A stretch of 64,000 nucleotides of DNA from Patescibacteria group bacterium (GTDB taxonomy: Bacteria; Patescibacteriota; Minisyncoccia; Phycocordibacterales; UBA1550): NCBI GenBank assembly GCA_038057125.1, contig JBBUDU010000003.1:15046-79045 (forward strand), in the 5' to 3' direction. Position 1 is the stretch's first letter; each line of letters starts with the position of its first letter. A model generated the notes under the pieces. The model was not told the origin of the DNA. It was given only the letters and a program-made list of their open reading frames with translations, and made no database searches. The position numbers and the translations under genes were made by a program. Below are positions 63,363-64,000 of the stretch, piece after piece.

Positions 63363-64000
63363 ATGAAATCATCTGTCAGTGAAAGAGCGCTCATCGTTCT
63401 CGTAATTATCGGGATTGTCGGAGCTTTTGGAGCAGGTATGCAAGTTGGTCAAAAACAGAGCGTATCTGCGTCCCTTCAGGTCTCTGAAGTTGCATCTCCT
63501 GACAGTCTAGACCTTGCCCCTATGCAAAAAGTCCTCGATATTTTAAATAGCAGATTCATAGCAACAACCGCCTCATCATCCGTGCCGAGCGACAAAGACA
63601 AGGTATGGGGGGCTGTAGCAGGCTTGACCGCTGCATATGGCGACCCATACACGGTCTTTTTCCCACCCAAAGAAACGGAGGAATTTGAAGAAGAGGTTCG
63701 TGGAAATTTCGAAGGTGTCGGAATGGAGATTGCCTTCAAAGACAAGATACTCACTGTTGTCGCGCCTCTCAAGGGCACGCCCGCAGAACGCGCTGGGGTA
63801 AAGTCTGGCGATCAAATCTTAAAGATTGACAAAATCTTTACAAATGGCCTGACAGTTGAAGAAGCAGTTAAACACATTCGTGGACCTCGCGGAAGCTTTG
63901 TCACTATTGTGGTGAAACGAAATGGGGGAGTTCTGGATATTAAAATAGAGCGCGATGTTATAAACATACCGACTATCGAAACCAAGCTCCGCGAGGATGG
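63363..64000 (+). CDS. ctp: S41 C-terminal processing peptidase (3' end outside window)
   Basis: Not in the supplied ORF track because it runs off the window. My own translation from the ATG at 63363 gives a signal anchor, then FEGVGMEI, and the PDZ segment PLKGTPAERAGVKSGDQILKID. Confidence 0.85.
   Translation, partial: MKSSVSERALIVLVIIGIVGAFGAGMQVGQKQSVSASLQVSEVASPDSLDLAPMQKVLDILNSRFIATTASSSVPSDKDKVWGAVAGLTAAYGDPYTVFFPPKETEEFEEEVRGNFEGVGMEIAFKDKILTVVAPLKGTPAERAGVKSGDQILKIDKIFTNGLTVEEAVKHIRGPRGSFVTIVVKRNGGVLDIKIERDVINIPTIETKLRED

Overview
This 64-kb window is dense, mostly syntenic chromosomal sequence from a small-genome, moderately AT-rich bacterium. It uses the standard genetic code: TGA terminates conserved proteins. 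The gene content and style are most consistent with a Candidate Phyla Radiation / Patescibacteria (Parcubacteria-like) organism. That placement is an inference from content, not a database hit. I support about 71 protein-coding genes, one tRNA-Asn, many intrinsic terminators, and a recurring extended -10 promoter (TGnTAnnnT) that often sits 6-10 nt before the ATG, implying leaderless mRNAs. I recognised no rRNA, CRISPR array, transposase or integrase.

Layout:
- 1-3.9 kb: a signalling cluster of a PAS histidine kinase, an FNR-like flavoprotein, a PAS protein and two CheY-like receivers.
- 4.0-16.4 kb: a type IV pilus-like locus. It holds two major pilin paralogs, PilB, PilC, four pseudopilins, an NYN-domain protein and a 904-aa T/A/G-rich surface protein.
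- 16.6-25.4 kb: transport and cell-wall genes (mgtE, MFS, tandem M14 peptidases, amidase).
- 24.3-25.9 kb: a rearranged tRNA-Asn locus.
- 26-39.9 kb: housekeeping genes (pyk, hpf, fmt/def, priA, murA, mreB, holB).
- 40.2-47.3 kb: a glucan-metabolism cluster (GT4, GH57, GH15, ROK kinase).
- 47.6-64 kb: tgt, uvrBAC, a GGDEF protein, rmuC, rplU, recR, dnaB, cysS, corA and ctp.

The most unusual signal is two diverged paralogs of a winged-helix + Cas2/PaaX-like protein inside the pilus locus. Each is bracketed upstream and downstream by long palindromes. The two palindromes of a pair share a locus-specific core sequence, and pair B shows a compensatory substitution.

Other structure not explained by the genes:
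- A ~71-nt hairpin element in two inverted copies with a co-varying stem (45.2 kb and 55.6 kb).
- A ~194-nt element closed by a 21-bp stem upstream of the GT4 gene.
- A heptanucleotide tandem repeat inside a pseudopilin leader, which could act as a phase-variation switch.
- GAATC-N4-GATTC palindromes in three intergenic regions.
- Candidate small RNAs next to tRNA-Asn and upstream of rplU.

All family assignments rest on motif recognition by eye. Start codons are best guesses.
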